32,000 nucleotides of DNA from Pirellula staleyi DSM 6068 (GTDB taxonomy: Bacteria; Planctomycetota; Planctomycetia; Pirellulales; Pirellulaceae): the NCBI GenBank assembly GCA_000025185.1, contig CP001848.1, positions 2,880,001 to 2,912,000 on the forward strand. Direction: 5' to 3'. Below the pieces are notes generated by a model. It was not told the origin of the DNA. It worked only from the letters and a program-made list of their open reading frames with translations, and did no database searches. The first letter of the stretch is position 1; each line of letters begins with the position of its first letter. Below, in pieces: positions 12,248-21,096 of this stretch. The translations under genes were made by a program, and so were the position numbers.

Positions 12248-12724
12248 ATGAATATCCGATTGCAGATCGACCAGGAACTAGCCGCAGCGGCTCAGGTGGG
12301 TGGTCCGGCACGCATTGAAGTGCCGCTCGGATCGGGACGTGTGATTATGGAGTTGCTGGCGGTCGATTCGATTGGATGTGGTCTCGATTTTCTCTGCTAT
12401 GAAACGCCCACACTAGCGCATGCTTCGATTCCCGATCTGCAGAAGATTGCGACCAAATTGCAGTCGCTTGTGAGTTATTTGTTCGAGCCGATTGGGCTGT
12501 TGGAGATCGATCGCGAGGCGTGTGTGTTGCAACTCCGGTCGATGCCCCCCGATCACGATCTGGAATCAGTGCGCTACTACGAACTTTGGGTGCGCAAAGG
12601 GGGAGAGATTGCTCTGACCCGTTATCGAAAAAGGCGAGGCAAAATGCGCGAGCGGATCGCCGCGCAGCTGACTCGCGAGGTGGTCAGCCGACTGGCACAT
12701 GATTTTGTTCGGAGCACGCAATAG
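12248..12724 (+). CDS. Hypothetical protein, possible fourth gene of the prkA operon
   Basis: I chose the ATG at 12248 (MNIRLQIDQE...) because the longer ORF from 12119 overlaps the spoVR 3' end. It is 158 aa, same strand, 29 nt after the spoVR stop. I recognise no motif. Confidence 0.5.
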   Translation: MNIRLQIDQELAAAAQVGGPARIEVPLGSGRVIMELLAVDSIGCGLDFLCYETPTLAHASIPDLQKIATKLQSLVSYLFEPIGLLEIDREACVLQLRSMPPDHDLESVRYYELWVRKGGEIALTRYRKRRGKMRERIAAQLTREVVSRLAHDFVRSTQ

Positions 12725-12732
12725 CAGCCTAA

Positions 12733-12765
12733 GCTCCCTTTTTTAAGCGTGGTGCGAAAGGGAGC
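12733..12765 (+). terminator. Hairpin after the prkA-cluster genes (possible terminator, non-canonical)
   Basis: GCTCCCTTT (12733-12741) and AAAGGGAGC (12757-12765) are perfect reverse complements with a 15-nt loop. No T-tract follows, so the assignment is weak. Confidence 0.3.
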
Positions 12766-12788
12766 GAGGCTGTGTACAATCGCCGGTT

Positions 12789-13379
12789 ATGGCAAAACTT
12801 CTCGATCAAGTACTCGTGGTAGATGTGGAATCGACATGCTGGCAGGGGCCCCCGCCTCATGGTCAGCTCAGCGAGATCATTGAAGTCGGTTTGTGCACGG
12901 TCGATGTGCGGAAGCGTCAGCGATTAGCCAAACGCTGCATCATGATTAAGCCTGTCCGGTCACGATTGAGCGAGTTCTGCACACGTCTAACGACTTTGCG
13001 CGACGAGGATTTGGTGGGGGCTGGCACGCTGGCCGATGCCGTCAGCATTCTTAAACGCGAGTATCGATCGCCCGATCGCCTGTGGGCCAGTTGGGGCGAT
13101 TATGACCGTCGTCAGTTCGAACGCGTTTGCAAAGAGCTGACGGTCCCTTATCCGTTTGGCGTGAGTCATTTGAACATTAAAACGCTGTTTGCCGTTCTTT
13201 ATGGCGACAATCGCGAGATTGGTGTCGACGAGGCCTGCGAGCGGATTGGGATTCCGATGGAAGGGACGCACCATCGAGGGGTCGATGATGCCTGGAATAT
13301 CGCGGCGATTTTCTGCCATCTGATGGAGCACTTTCAGCTTCCAGCGATACCACCCCAATCGATCTCGACGACGACTTAG
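12789..13379 (+). CDS. DEDDh-type 3'-5' exonuclease (ERI-1/KapD-like)
   Basis: 196 aa. ExoI motif VVDVESTC, EIIEVG, and a C-terminal HRGVDDAWN (H-x4-D) typical of the DEDDh subfamily. Confidence 0.8.
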   Translation: MAKLLDQVLVVDVESTCWQGPPPHGQLSEIIEVGLCTVDVRKRQRLAKRCIMIKPVRSRLSEFCTRLTTLRDEDLVGAGTLADAVSILKREYRSPDRLWASWGDYDRRQFERVCKELTVPYPFGVSHLNIKTLFAVLYGDNREIGVDEACERIGIPMEGTHHRGVDDAWNIAAIFCHLMEHFQLPAIPPQSISTTT

Positions 13380-13600
13380 CAAGGTGGTCGGCAGAGCGCG
13401 CAGCACGCGTTCTTGTCCGTCGTCACTGGCGGACTATTTTGCCAGATTCATGCCTGCCAAATGTAGGCAAGTGCGCAGTGGGGCGAGTAGAATCGAGGCT
13501 TCGGAATTGGCCTACCTAAAGAAGGGCCGGTCGAAGGTCGAAGCGTTTTCCCACCTGCTTCTTACCGCGACCAGCCGCAGCTGTTGTGGGAGTCGCTCGT

Positions 13601-16600
13601 ATGTTGCGCGGAACTGAGGCTCTCGAACGTCGTTTGGTGATTGCGTTACCGCTGCTTCTGGTTTTCTTATGCCAGGTCTCGACCTCTGCCGGGGCCGAGA
13701 ACAAGGTCGACTTTGCTCGCGAAGTTCGTCCGATTCTCTCGAAGAAATGCCTCGCCTGCCATGGTCCCGACGACGAACATCGTCAGGCCAATTTGCGGCT
13801 CGATACGCGCGACGGTGCTCTTGCGGCGGCCGATAGCGGCGCAGCGGCTGTTGTTCCTGGTAAGCCTGAGGAGAGCGAACTGCTGCGGCGCATTTTGTCG
13901 CACGATGAAGCCGAGAAAATGCCGCCCCCCGAGACGAGCATCACGCTCGACGAAAAGCAGATCGAAATCCTGCGGAAGTGGATTGCGGAAGGGGCCTCGT
14001 ATGCACCGCACTGGTCGTTCGTAAAACCTGTCGTGCCGACACTTCCCGAAGCAGCGAATTCCAAGTGGAATGCCCATCCGATCGATCGCTTGGTGTTTGC
14101 AGAACTCACTCGCGCGGGTCTTGCCCCTGCCGACGAAGCGGATCGCTATACGCTGATTCGTCGACTGAGCTTCGATCTCCGTGGCCTACCACCAACGCCT
14201 GCTGAAATCGAGGCGTTCGTGAAAGACACATCCGACAATGCCTACGAGCAACTGGTGAATCGGTTCCTTGCCGATCCTGCTTTTGGTGAACGCTGGGCAC
14301 GGATGTGGATGGATCAAGCGCGCTACGCCGACAGCCGCGGCTATGGCAGCGATCCTTTACGTATGAACATCTGGCCGTTTCGCGACTGGGTGATCGATGC
14401 CTTCAATCAGAACAAGCCCTACGATCAGTTCACGCTCGAGCAACTGGCGGGAGACTTGATGCCGGGTGCAACCGACGCAACGCGAACCGCCACTGCCTTT
14501 CATCGCAACACGATGACGAACACCGAAGGTGGCACCGACGACGAAGAGTTTCGCGTGGCTGCGGTGAAGGATCGAGTCGACACCACCATGCAAGTGTGGA
14601 TGGGGGTGACTGCGGGTTGCGCAAAGTGTCACAACCACAAGTACGATCCGATTTCGCAAAAGGAATACTACCAACTTTACGCAGTTTTCAATCAAACGGC
14701 CGATAGCGATCGTGGTGACGAAGCGCCGCTGCTTTCCATATCGACTAGCGACTACGAAGAGAGTTTGAAGCGTACGCAAGAACGCATCGCGCAGCTGAAA
14801 GCTAAGCTCGAGACCCCTTCGGACGAACTCACGAAAGCGCAGCAGCTGTGGGAATCGTCGCTCGTGGTGCAAGGGAATTGGCAGCCGATCATGCCGACCG
14901 AAATCACGTCGACAGCAGGGCTGAAATTCACTACCAATGCGGATGCGACTGTCGAAGCACAACCTGTCGATGGCAAGTATCCAGCTAGCGACGATTATGC
15001 GATCGGGCTGAAGCTCGACGCCAGCGATATCACTGCTCTTAAGCTTGAGGCGATCGCAGTCGCTGACAGTGGTGCTGGTACCGGCGAGAAGGGGCAACTG
15101 GCGATCTCGCAAATCGGGGTTAGTTTTGCGAAAGAGGGGGCTGCTCCGACGATTGCCCCACGCTTTGTGCGGGTCGAACTTCCCGGCGCTCAGAAAATGC
15201 TTTCGCTCGCCGAGGTGCAGGTTTTCTCGGGAGAGAAGAACGTCGCTCGCAGCGGTAAGGCAACGCAGTCGAGCACCGATTACGACGGACCACCTCAACT
15301 GGCAATCGATGGCAATACTGATGGCCACTATGCCAATGCCAAGAGTACGACCCACACCGCAGTAGAGAACAATCCGTGGTGGGAAGTCGATTTGCAGTCG
15401 GCGATCGATGTTTCGAAGGTTGTGATTTGGAATCGAACGGATGGCAACGTCGGGGGCCGAATTGCTGGAGCAAAACTCGTTCTACTGGATGCCAATCGCG
15501 AAGTCCTTTGGCAACAGCCTCTCGCAGCGGTTCCTAATCCGTCTCTCGACGTAACGATCGATGGCACCAGCAGCGTGAACTTGGTGGCGGTTAGCGCCGA
15601 GCCTGTGGCAACGTCGCTTTCGGCAGCAGCGGTGCTGGCACCTGTAGTCGATCGCGCGAAGGCCTGGATCGTTGGCGAAAGTAATGCCGGTGCTTCGCTC
15701 ACGCTCTACCCAGCGGCCAGCATTCACGTCAAAGCTGAGGCCAAACTGGTCCTTTCGATTCGCCAGCAATCGACTCGCGCTGGTGAACTGCTAAAGCGCT
15801 TCCGCATCAGTGTGACGCGCGATCCAGCGATGCTGCTCCGCTCGAAAGTACCTGCCGAAGTGCTGGCGATCATCGATCAACCGGCGGCGCAGCGAAGTGC
15901 TGAAGATGCTGCAAAGCTCGCGGCTCATTTCCGGTCGATCTCGCCACTGCTCGACACGGTTCGTCAAGAACTCGCTGCTGCTGAGAAGCAAGTTCCCGCG
16001 AAGCCGACGGTTCCTGTGATGCAAGAGTTAGCTGCGAACAAGCGTCGTGTTACGCACTTGATGCTCAAAGGAAACTTCCTGGCCAAGGGAGACGCAGTCG
16101 AACCGCAGTTGCCTCTATCGTTCCATGCCGCTCCTAAGGAGAGCGTCGATCGCTTGAAACTAGCCGAGTGGATCATCAGCCCCGAAAATCCGCTCACGGC
16201 ACGCGTCGCCGTGAACCGTTTCTGGGCCCAGCTGTTCGGAATTGGGATTGTCGAAACGGAAGAAGATTTTGGACTGCAAGGCGATCTGCCAAGTCATCCG
16301 CAATTGCTGGACTGGCTCGCGATCGAATTCGTGCGACTCGACTGGGATACCAAGCAGCTACTCAAAACGATGGTGATGTCGCAGACTTACCGGCAATCGT
16401 CGCAAACAACTCCCGAGAAACTCGAGAAAGATGCTCGCAACCGACTCTTTAGTCGCGGCCCTCGTTTTCGTCTCGAGGCAGAAATGGTGCGCGATCAAGC
16501 CCTGCAATTGGCGGGGCTATTGAGCCACAAGATGAAGGGGCCAAGTGTGTTTCCTCCGCAGCCTGCCGGACTGTGGCAAGCGGCGTTCAATGGCGAAAGA

Positions 16601-17089
16601 ACGTGGACCACCAGCGCCGGCGAGGATAAGTATCGTCGCGGACTCTACACCTTCTGGCGACGCACTACGCCGTATCCATCGATGACCACATTCGATGCGC
16701 CGTCGCGCGAGACATGCTCACTCCGCCGGGTGCGGACGAATACACCGCTGCAAGCTTTCGTGACGATGAACGATGTGGTCTACGTTGAAGCATCGCAGGC
16801 ACTCGCGCGGCGTTTGGTTCGCGAAGGTGGCGACACGCCTACCGCTCGCGCCAAGTTCGGGCTGGAACTTTGTCTCGCGCGGCCAGCGACCGAAGCCCAA
16901 GTGCAAGTGATTGTGAAACTATACGAGAGTGAACTTGCCCATTATAAGACCGACGCAGCTGCTGCCGCGAGGCTCGCAACCGATCCACTCGGGCCGCTTC
17001 CAGAGGGGGCCGATGCCGCCGAATATGCCGCCTGGACCGTGATTGCGAATGTGCTGCTGAACATGGACGCTGTGCTGATGAAAGGCTAA
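13601..17089 (+). CDS. PSCyt1/PSCyt2/PSD1 domain protein with an internal fucolectin-type F5/8 type C (discoidin) domain
   Basis: ATG 13601 (MLRGTE...); a GTG at 13586 is an alternative start. It has a signal-like N-terminus, two CxxCH motifs (CLACHGPD and CAKCHNHKYDP) and a DUF1553 C-terminal block. About 15170-15520 encodes AIDGNTDG...THT..NPWWEVDL...VVIWNRTD..R, the fucolectin/F5-8C signature. Confidence 0.9.
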   Translation: MLRGTEALERRLVIALPLLLVFLCQVSTSAGAENKVDFAREVRPILSKKCLACHGPDDEHRQANLRLDTRDGALAAADSGAAAVVPGKPEESELLRRILSHDEAEKMPPPETSITLDEKQIEILRKWIAEGASYAPHWSFVKPVVPTLPEAANSKWNAHPIDRLVFAELTRAGLAPADEADRYTLIRRLSFDLRGLPPTPAEIEAFVKDTSDNAYEQLVNRFLADPAFGERWARMWMDQARYADSRGYGSDPLRMNIWPFRDWVIDAFNQNKPYDQFTLEQLAGDLMPGATDATRTATAFHRNTMTNTEGGTDDEEFRVAAVKDRVDTTMQVWMGVTAGCAKCHNHKYDPISQKEYYQLYAVFNQTADSDRGDEAPLLSISTSDYEESLKRTQERIAQLKAKLETPSDELTKAQQLWESSLVVQGNWQPIMPTEITSTAGLKFTTNADATVEAQPVDGKYPASDDYAIGLKLDASDITALKLEAIAVADSGAGTGEKGQLAISQIGVSFAKEGAAPTIAPRFVRVELPGAQKMLSLAEVQVFSGEKNVARSGKATQSSTDYDGPPQLAIDGNTDGHYANAKSTTHTAVENNPWWEVDLQSAIDVSKVVIWNRTDGNVGGRIAGAKLVLLDANREVLWQQPLAAVPNPSLDVTIDGTSSVNLVAVSAEPVATSLSAAAVLAPVVDRAKAWIVGESNAGASLTLYPAASIHVKAEAKLVLSIRQQSTRAGELLKRFRISVTRDPAMLLRSKVPAEVLAIIDQPAAQRSAEDAAKLAAHFRSISPLLDTVRQELAAAEKQVPAKPTVPVMQELAANKRRVTHLMLKGNFLAKGDAVEPQLPLSFHAAPKESVDRLKLAEWIISPENPLTARVAVNRFWAQLFGIGIVETEEDFGLQGDLPSHPQLLDWLAIEFVRLDWDTKQLLKTMVMSQTYRQSSQTTPEKLEKDARNRLFSRGPRFRLEAEMVRDQALQLAGLLSHKMKGPSVFPPQPAGLWQAAFNGERTWTTSAGEDKYRRGLYTFWRRTTPYPSMTTFDAPSRETCSLRRVRTNTPLQAFVTMNDVVYVEASQALARRLVREGGDTPTARAKFGLELCLARPATEAQVQVIVKLYESELAHYKTDAAAAARLATDPLGPLPEGADAAEYAAWTVIANVLLNMDAVLMKG

Positions 17090-18582
17090 TGAATCCGATG
17101 AACACGAATCTCGATAAGCTGAAACTCGCCACGCGTCGCACGTTCCTGAAAGATGCTTCGCTCGGGCTCGGTGCGCTCGCACTTTCCCAGCTCGCGGGAA
17201 ATGCGACCGGCGAAGAGGCTGCGGCCGATAATCCGCTGACCGCCAATCCACTCGCGCCGAAAGCGCCCCCGCTGAAGGCAACTGCGAAACGCGTGATTTA
17301 CCTGCACATGTCGGGAGCTCCGCCGCAGCACGATCTGTGGGACTATAAACCCGAACTCGTGAAGCATCACATGGAGCCTTGCAGCGACGAGGTTCTCGCG
17401 ATCCTAAAGCAAGAGCGATTGCCGTTCATCGATCTCAACGCACGTCGCCCCAAGATGCTCGGCTCCCCATACAAATTCGCGAAGCAGGGCCAGTCGGGGC
17501 TCGAGATGAGCGAGCTCTGGAAGCACCTTCCCGAGCATGCTGATGATCTGTGCGTGATCAAAAGCATGTACACCGATCAGTTCAACCACGCCCCAGCCGA
17601 GCTGTTTCTCTACACCGGTTCGCCACGCAACGGAAACGCCTCGATGGGTTCGTGGATCACCTACGGCCTGGGGAGCGAGAATCAAGATCTTCCGGGATTT
17701 GTGGTGCTCATCAGTGGTGGCACCGATCCGACCGGTGGCAAGGCGCTCTGGAGCACTGGATTTTTACCGAGTGTTTTTCAAGGAGTGCAGTGTCGCAGCG
17801 TCGGCGAGCCGATTCTCTACGCTGATAACCCCGCTGGTATGTCGCGCGAAGTCCGCCGCCGTAGTCTCGATGCGCTGAAAGAACTCAACGAGCTTGAACT
17901 CAAAGAACTTGGTGATCCTGAAACGATCACACGCATCAGTCAGTACGAACTCGCTTATCGAATGCAGCTGGCGGTTCCTGAAGTGATGAACATCGCCAAA
18001 GAATCGCAAGCGACTCTCGACAAGTACGGCTGTAAGCCGGGCCAAGCTTCGTTTGCGAACAACTGCTTACTTGCGCGGCGCATGGCGGAAGAAGGGGTGC
18101 GTTACATTCAGCTGTACGACTGGGGCTGGGACACGCACGGCACTGGCGCTGGCGACGACATTGTGAGCGCTCTGCCTCGCAAGGTGAAAGAGACCGATCA
18201 AGCGATTGCCGCGCTGCTATCGGATCTGAAAGAGCGTGACATGCTCAAAGATACGCTCGTGATTTGGGGTGGCGAGTTTGGCCGCACCGCCCTTAATGAA
18301 GAGCGTGGCGGTTCGAAGTTCTTGGGGCGTGATCATCATCCGCACTGCTTCACCATTTGGATGGCAGGGGGGGGTGTGAAACCGGCTCACGTGCACGGCG
18401 CGACCGACGATCTGGGTTACTTCATTACCGACAAAAAGACTGGCGTGTATGATCTGCAAGCGACGATCTTGCACCTGCTCGGAATGGACGCCAAGAAGCT
18501 GAAGTATCCGTTCCAAGGGCTCGATCAACGTCTGATCGGCCCTACCGACGACGCCAAGATCATTACCGATATCTTGGCGTAA
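17089..18582 (+). CDS. DUF1501 family protein (paralog of 2023-3489)
   Basis: 497 aa. The ATG overlaps the upstream TAA by 1 nt (TAATG). It has a Tat-like RRTFLK leader. [31 protein letters not shown] and GRDHHPHCFTIWMAGGG are colinear with the other DUF1501 protein. Confidence 0.9.
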   Translation: MNPMNTNLDKLKLATRRTFLKDASLGLGALALSQLAGNATGEEAAADNPLTANPLAPKAPPLKATAKRVIYLHMSGAPPQHDLWDYKPELVKHHMEPCSDEVLAILKQERLPFIDLNARRPKMLGSPYKFAKQGQSGLEMSELWKHLPEHADDLCVIKSMYTDQFNHAPAELFLYTGSPRNGNASMGSWITYGLGSENQDLPGFVVLISGGTDPTGGKALWSTGFLPSVFQGVQCRSVGEPILYADNPAGMSREVRRRSLDALKELNELELKELGDPETITRISQYELAYRMQLAVPEVMNIAKESQATLDKYGCKPGQASFANNCLLARRMAEEGVRYIQLYDWGWDTHGTGAGDDIVSALPRKVKETDQAIAALLSDLKERDMLKDTLVIWGGEFGRTALNEERGGSKFLGRDHHPHCFTIWMAGGGVKPAHVHGATDDLGYFITDKKTGVYDLQATILHLLGMDAKKLKYPFQGLDQRLIGPTDDAKIITDILA

Positions 18583-18610
18583 AGAGCAAGGCGTATGAAT
18601 GCCTTCGATG

Positions 18611-18638
18611 ATCGAGTCGCAATCACGGGCGACTCGAT
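18611..18638. terminator. Perfect 10-bp hairpin between convergent genes (candidate bidirectional terminator)
   Basis: ATCGAGTCGC (18611-18620), an 8-nt loop, then GCGACTCGAT (18629-18638). It lies between the DUF1501 stop (18582) and the stop of the minus-strand gene (18639). Only a short TTT follows on the plus strand. Confidence 0.4.
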
Positions 18639-19829
18639 TTACTGACCGATCTTTTTGATCTGCTCAGGAAGATCAGGGGTGACGATGCCGCGAGCGCCGC
18701 GACCTTCTTCATCGATCCGGTAAGCAACGTCTTCTTGAAGCTGCTTGATGTCGGCGTCCCAAAATTTGCGTTGTTCGGCTTGAGCAGGGACCGTGAGCGG
18801 ACGCATCAGTCGCATCCCAACGCTTAGAGCAGCCGCTTCAGTGAACCACCAAGGGCTTTGGGGAAAGTTCGGATCGGTCGAGCGCCACGAATCGTCGTCG
18901 CTCTTGCGGCGAGCAGCAGCGCGGCACTGTGCGGCATCTTCGTCCCAGCTGCCACCTTTGATGACGCGGGGAAACAGCTTGGTCGGCCAGACGATCGCAT
19001 CTTGCGACGCAATGACTTTGCCAGCAAGTTTTTCGCGGCCTGTTTCGGTGAATTCGTCGAGGGTCCATTCGCCAACGTTGCCATAGATGTCGTAAAGGCC
19101 CCACTCGCTTGGCTTTTTGGTGCCGAGTTTGTGGAAGGTTTCGCTCGAGTTCTCGTAATACCAAGCGTAGTCGCCGAGTTTCGATTCGTCGTCGCCGAAG
19201 AAGTACTTGGTTGTCTTCCCATCGCGAGCGGCATATTCCCATTCAGCCTCGCTCGGCAAGCGATAGAACTGACCCGTGAGTTCGCTGAGCCAGCGGGTGT
19301 ATTGCTTGGCAGCAAATTGGCTCATCGTTACGGCAGGCTGATCGGGTTCGGCACCGAGTTTGAAAGTGAACGTGGGGTCGTAGAGATTCGATGGTGCGGT
19401 GACGAGGTTGGGTTTCAGGTCGTCGGTGATTTTGAACGTCTCGTTGAGCACCAGCTTTTTGAACATGTCGTGCATGCGCATGTAGTGCTTGTACTCAGCC
19501 CAAGAGACTTCGCGCGAAGCCATCCAAAACGGAGCGACCTCAACTTCAAGGACTGGGCCTTCACTCGCATCGCGACCTGCTTCGCTGTCGGGACTGCCAA
19601 ACTTGAATTTGCCGCCGGGAATCGGCTGCATCTCGAACTTGATCTCGGTGCCAGGGATGGTTGCCGTATAAGGGACCATGTAGCCAGCGTCGGTTTTCAC
19701 AAAGCGACCGGTGGTCGGCTCGGCGGCGACAAGTCCTGGAACGGGGTCGGCTGCGGCGAGCGAAGAAAGCCCGGCAGCGATAGTGAGCGAAAACGAGACA
19801 CAAGCAGCAAGCCAGCGAGTTACAAGCAT
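18639..19829 (-). CDS. Secreted FGE-sulfatase-fold protein (SUMF1/EgtB/PvdO family)
   Basis: 396 aa with a hydrophobic signal peptide. RLPSEAEWEYAARDG, YAWYYENS and WGLYDIYGNVGEWTLD are canonical FGE-sulfatase domain motifs. Confidence 0.85.
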   Translation of the reverse strand: MLVTRWLAACVSFSLTIAAGLSSLAAADPVPGLVAAEPTTGRFVKTDAGYMVPYTATIPGTEIKFEMQPIPGGKFKFGSPDSEAGRDASEGPVLEVEVAPFWMASREVSWAEYKHYMRMHDMFKKLVLNETFKITDDLKPNLVTAPSNLYDPTFTFKLGAEPDQPAVTMSQFAAKQYTRWLSELTGQFYRLPSEAEWEYAARDGKTTKYFFGDDESKLGDYAWYYENSSETFHKLGTKKPSEWGLYDIYGNVGEWTLDEFTETGREKLAGKVIASQDAIVWPTKLFPRVIKGGSWDEDAAQCRAAARRKSDDDSWRSTDPNFPQSPWWFTEAAALSVGMRLMRPLTVPAQAEQRKFWDADIKQLQEDVAYRIDEEGRGARGIVTPDLPEQIKKIGQ

Positions 19830-20104
19830 CGATCAAATTCCTCTTCGCGATTGATCAGCAGAGGTGGGGACCGCAGTGAAGCGGCGGCTGATCAGAAGTA
19901 AACAGTAGTTCTTCAGATTATAGACAACTGCTGCCCAGAATAGTGCTTGCATGCAACATTTGATGCGTTCCGACAGGGAGGTTTAGGTAAAGTTTGCGGG
20001 CTGGATGGTCGATAACCGAACTGGCTACTCCTGCCGCGACGAGGGGGCACTCCCTAAGTCGCTTACTGACTGAATGTTACATCAAGCCTGAATGCTGGCA
20101 TCCG

Positions 20105-21094
20105 ATGGCACCACCGGGAAAAGAACTCGCGCCGCAAGTTGTCGCTGCCTGTTTGGCGGGGGCTAGTGAAGCGTCGTCGTCGTTTGCTCGTTGCCTAGGG
20201 GCATCGATCACTCTCGCCCCGTCGGACTGTTTTGATTATCACGTCGGATCACCGCCGCAAGCCATGCAAGAGGCTGGACTTGCGCTCGTGCTGCATCTCG
20301 ACGGCGGCGCTGCCGTGGTGCTCATTCCCGAGTCGACCGGCCTTTTGCCCGACTGGTATCTTAAGCCCGACGCCACCGGTGAAAGCAAGCTCGCCACGCT
20401 GGCCCAAGAGCTCGGCATGGTGCTGCTTCCCGAAGAGCAGATGCCGCTCGATTTTGCAGCGGGAGCGGTGGCTGACTTGGCCGGTGCAGTCGAGCGCGGC
20501 GGTGCCGGGGCCAATTCATCGTGTGTGCCGCTCGAAATCACCGGGGCCAAAGGGGGGAGCATCTTTTTGCTATGGCCCCTCTCCAGCCCCGCGCAGGTAA
20601 TTCCCCCGAAGCCAGCCACTCCAGCACCACCCGCTGCGAAGCCTGCCGAGCCCAAAGCCGTGGAAACGAAAGCGGCTGAGAGCAAGGCCGCAGCTGTTGC
20701 AGCGCCTGTTCCACCACCCTCGTCAGCAGCCGATCCTGGGGCAGGCTTACGCTTTGCTTCGCCGCCGCCGAGCGACAACGTCGAAGAGCGCATCTATAAG
20801 CTTCCCCCATACACCCGGAGCATTTTGCGCATCGAAGTGCCGGTGCGCGTGACACTCGCCACCACACAGCTGCCACTCAAACGGATTGTCGAACTCGGAC
20901 CGGGCTCGATCATTCAGTTCGAAAAGCCATGCGACAGCGAACTCAGCTTGCAAGTGGGCGAGCACGAAGTGGCGATTGGTGAAGCAGTGAAGGTGGGTGA
21001 AAAGTTTGGGCTCAGGCTTACCTCGATGGTGATGCCCCCCGAGCGATTCTTCGCCGTGCGGGGGAAACGTGTCGACCCTAATAAGAAGCCGTAA
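20105..21094 (+). CDS. FliN/FliY-family protein (C-terminal SpoA/FliN domain) with a Pro/Ala-rich linker
   Basis: I chose the ATG at 20105 (MAPPGKEL...) over the longer ORF from 19994. The C-terminal ~80 aa (ILRIEVPVRVTLATTQLPLKRIVELGPGSIIQFEKP...VGEHEVAIGEAVKVGEKFGLRLTSMV) matches the FliN/SpoA pattern. A PA-rich low-complexity linker is encoded at about 20600-20760. Confidence 0.65.
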   Translation: MAPPGKELAPQVVAACLAGASEASSSFARCLGASITLAPSDCFDYHVGSPPQAMQEAGLALVLHLDGGAAVVLIPESTGLLPDWYLKPDATGESKLATLAQELGMVLLPEEQMPLDFAAGAVADLAGAVERGGAGANSSCVPLEITGAKGGSIFLLWPLSSPAQVIPPKPATPAPPAAKPAEPKAVETKAAESKAAAVAAPVPPPSSAADPGAGLRFASPPPSDNVEERIYKLPPYTRSILRIEVPVRVTLATTQLPLKRIVELGPGSIIQFEKPCDSELSLQVGEHEVAIGEAVKVGEKFGLRLTSMVMPPERFFAVRGKRVDPNKKP

Positions 21095-21096
21095 CG

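Noticed and set aside
14357-15355. 332-aa minus-strand ORF inside the second PSCyt/PSD1 gene. Similar long antisense ORFs lie at 1228-2100 (+), 18858-19901 (+) and 21217-22197 (+).
   Set aside because: All lie opposite genes with strong family signatures. They are Arg/Ser/Leu-rich, as is typical of antisense frames in GC-rich DNA. They lack plausible ribosome-binding sites or motifs.
17089-19829. Idea that the adjacent FGE-sulfatase-fold protein matures the DUF1501 sulfatase-fold protein by formylglycine formation
   Set aside because: Neither DUF1501 protein has a (C/S)-x-P-x-R motif at the equivalent position (MSGGPSH and MSGAPPQH). The genes are convergent rather than co-transcribed. FGE-fold proteins are very abundant in these genomes, so adjacency may be chance.
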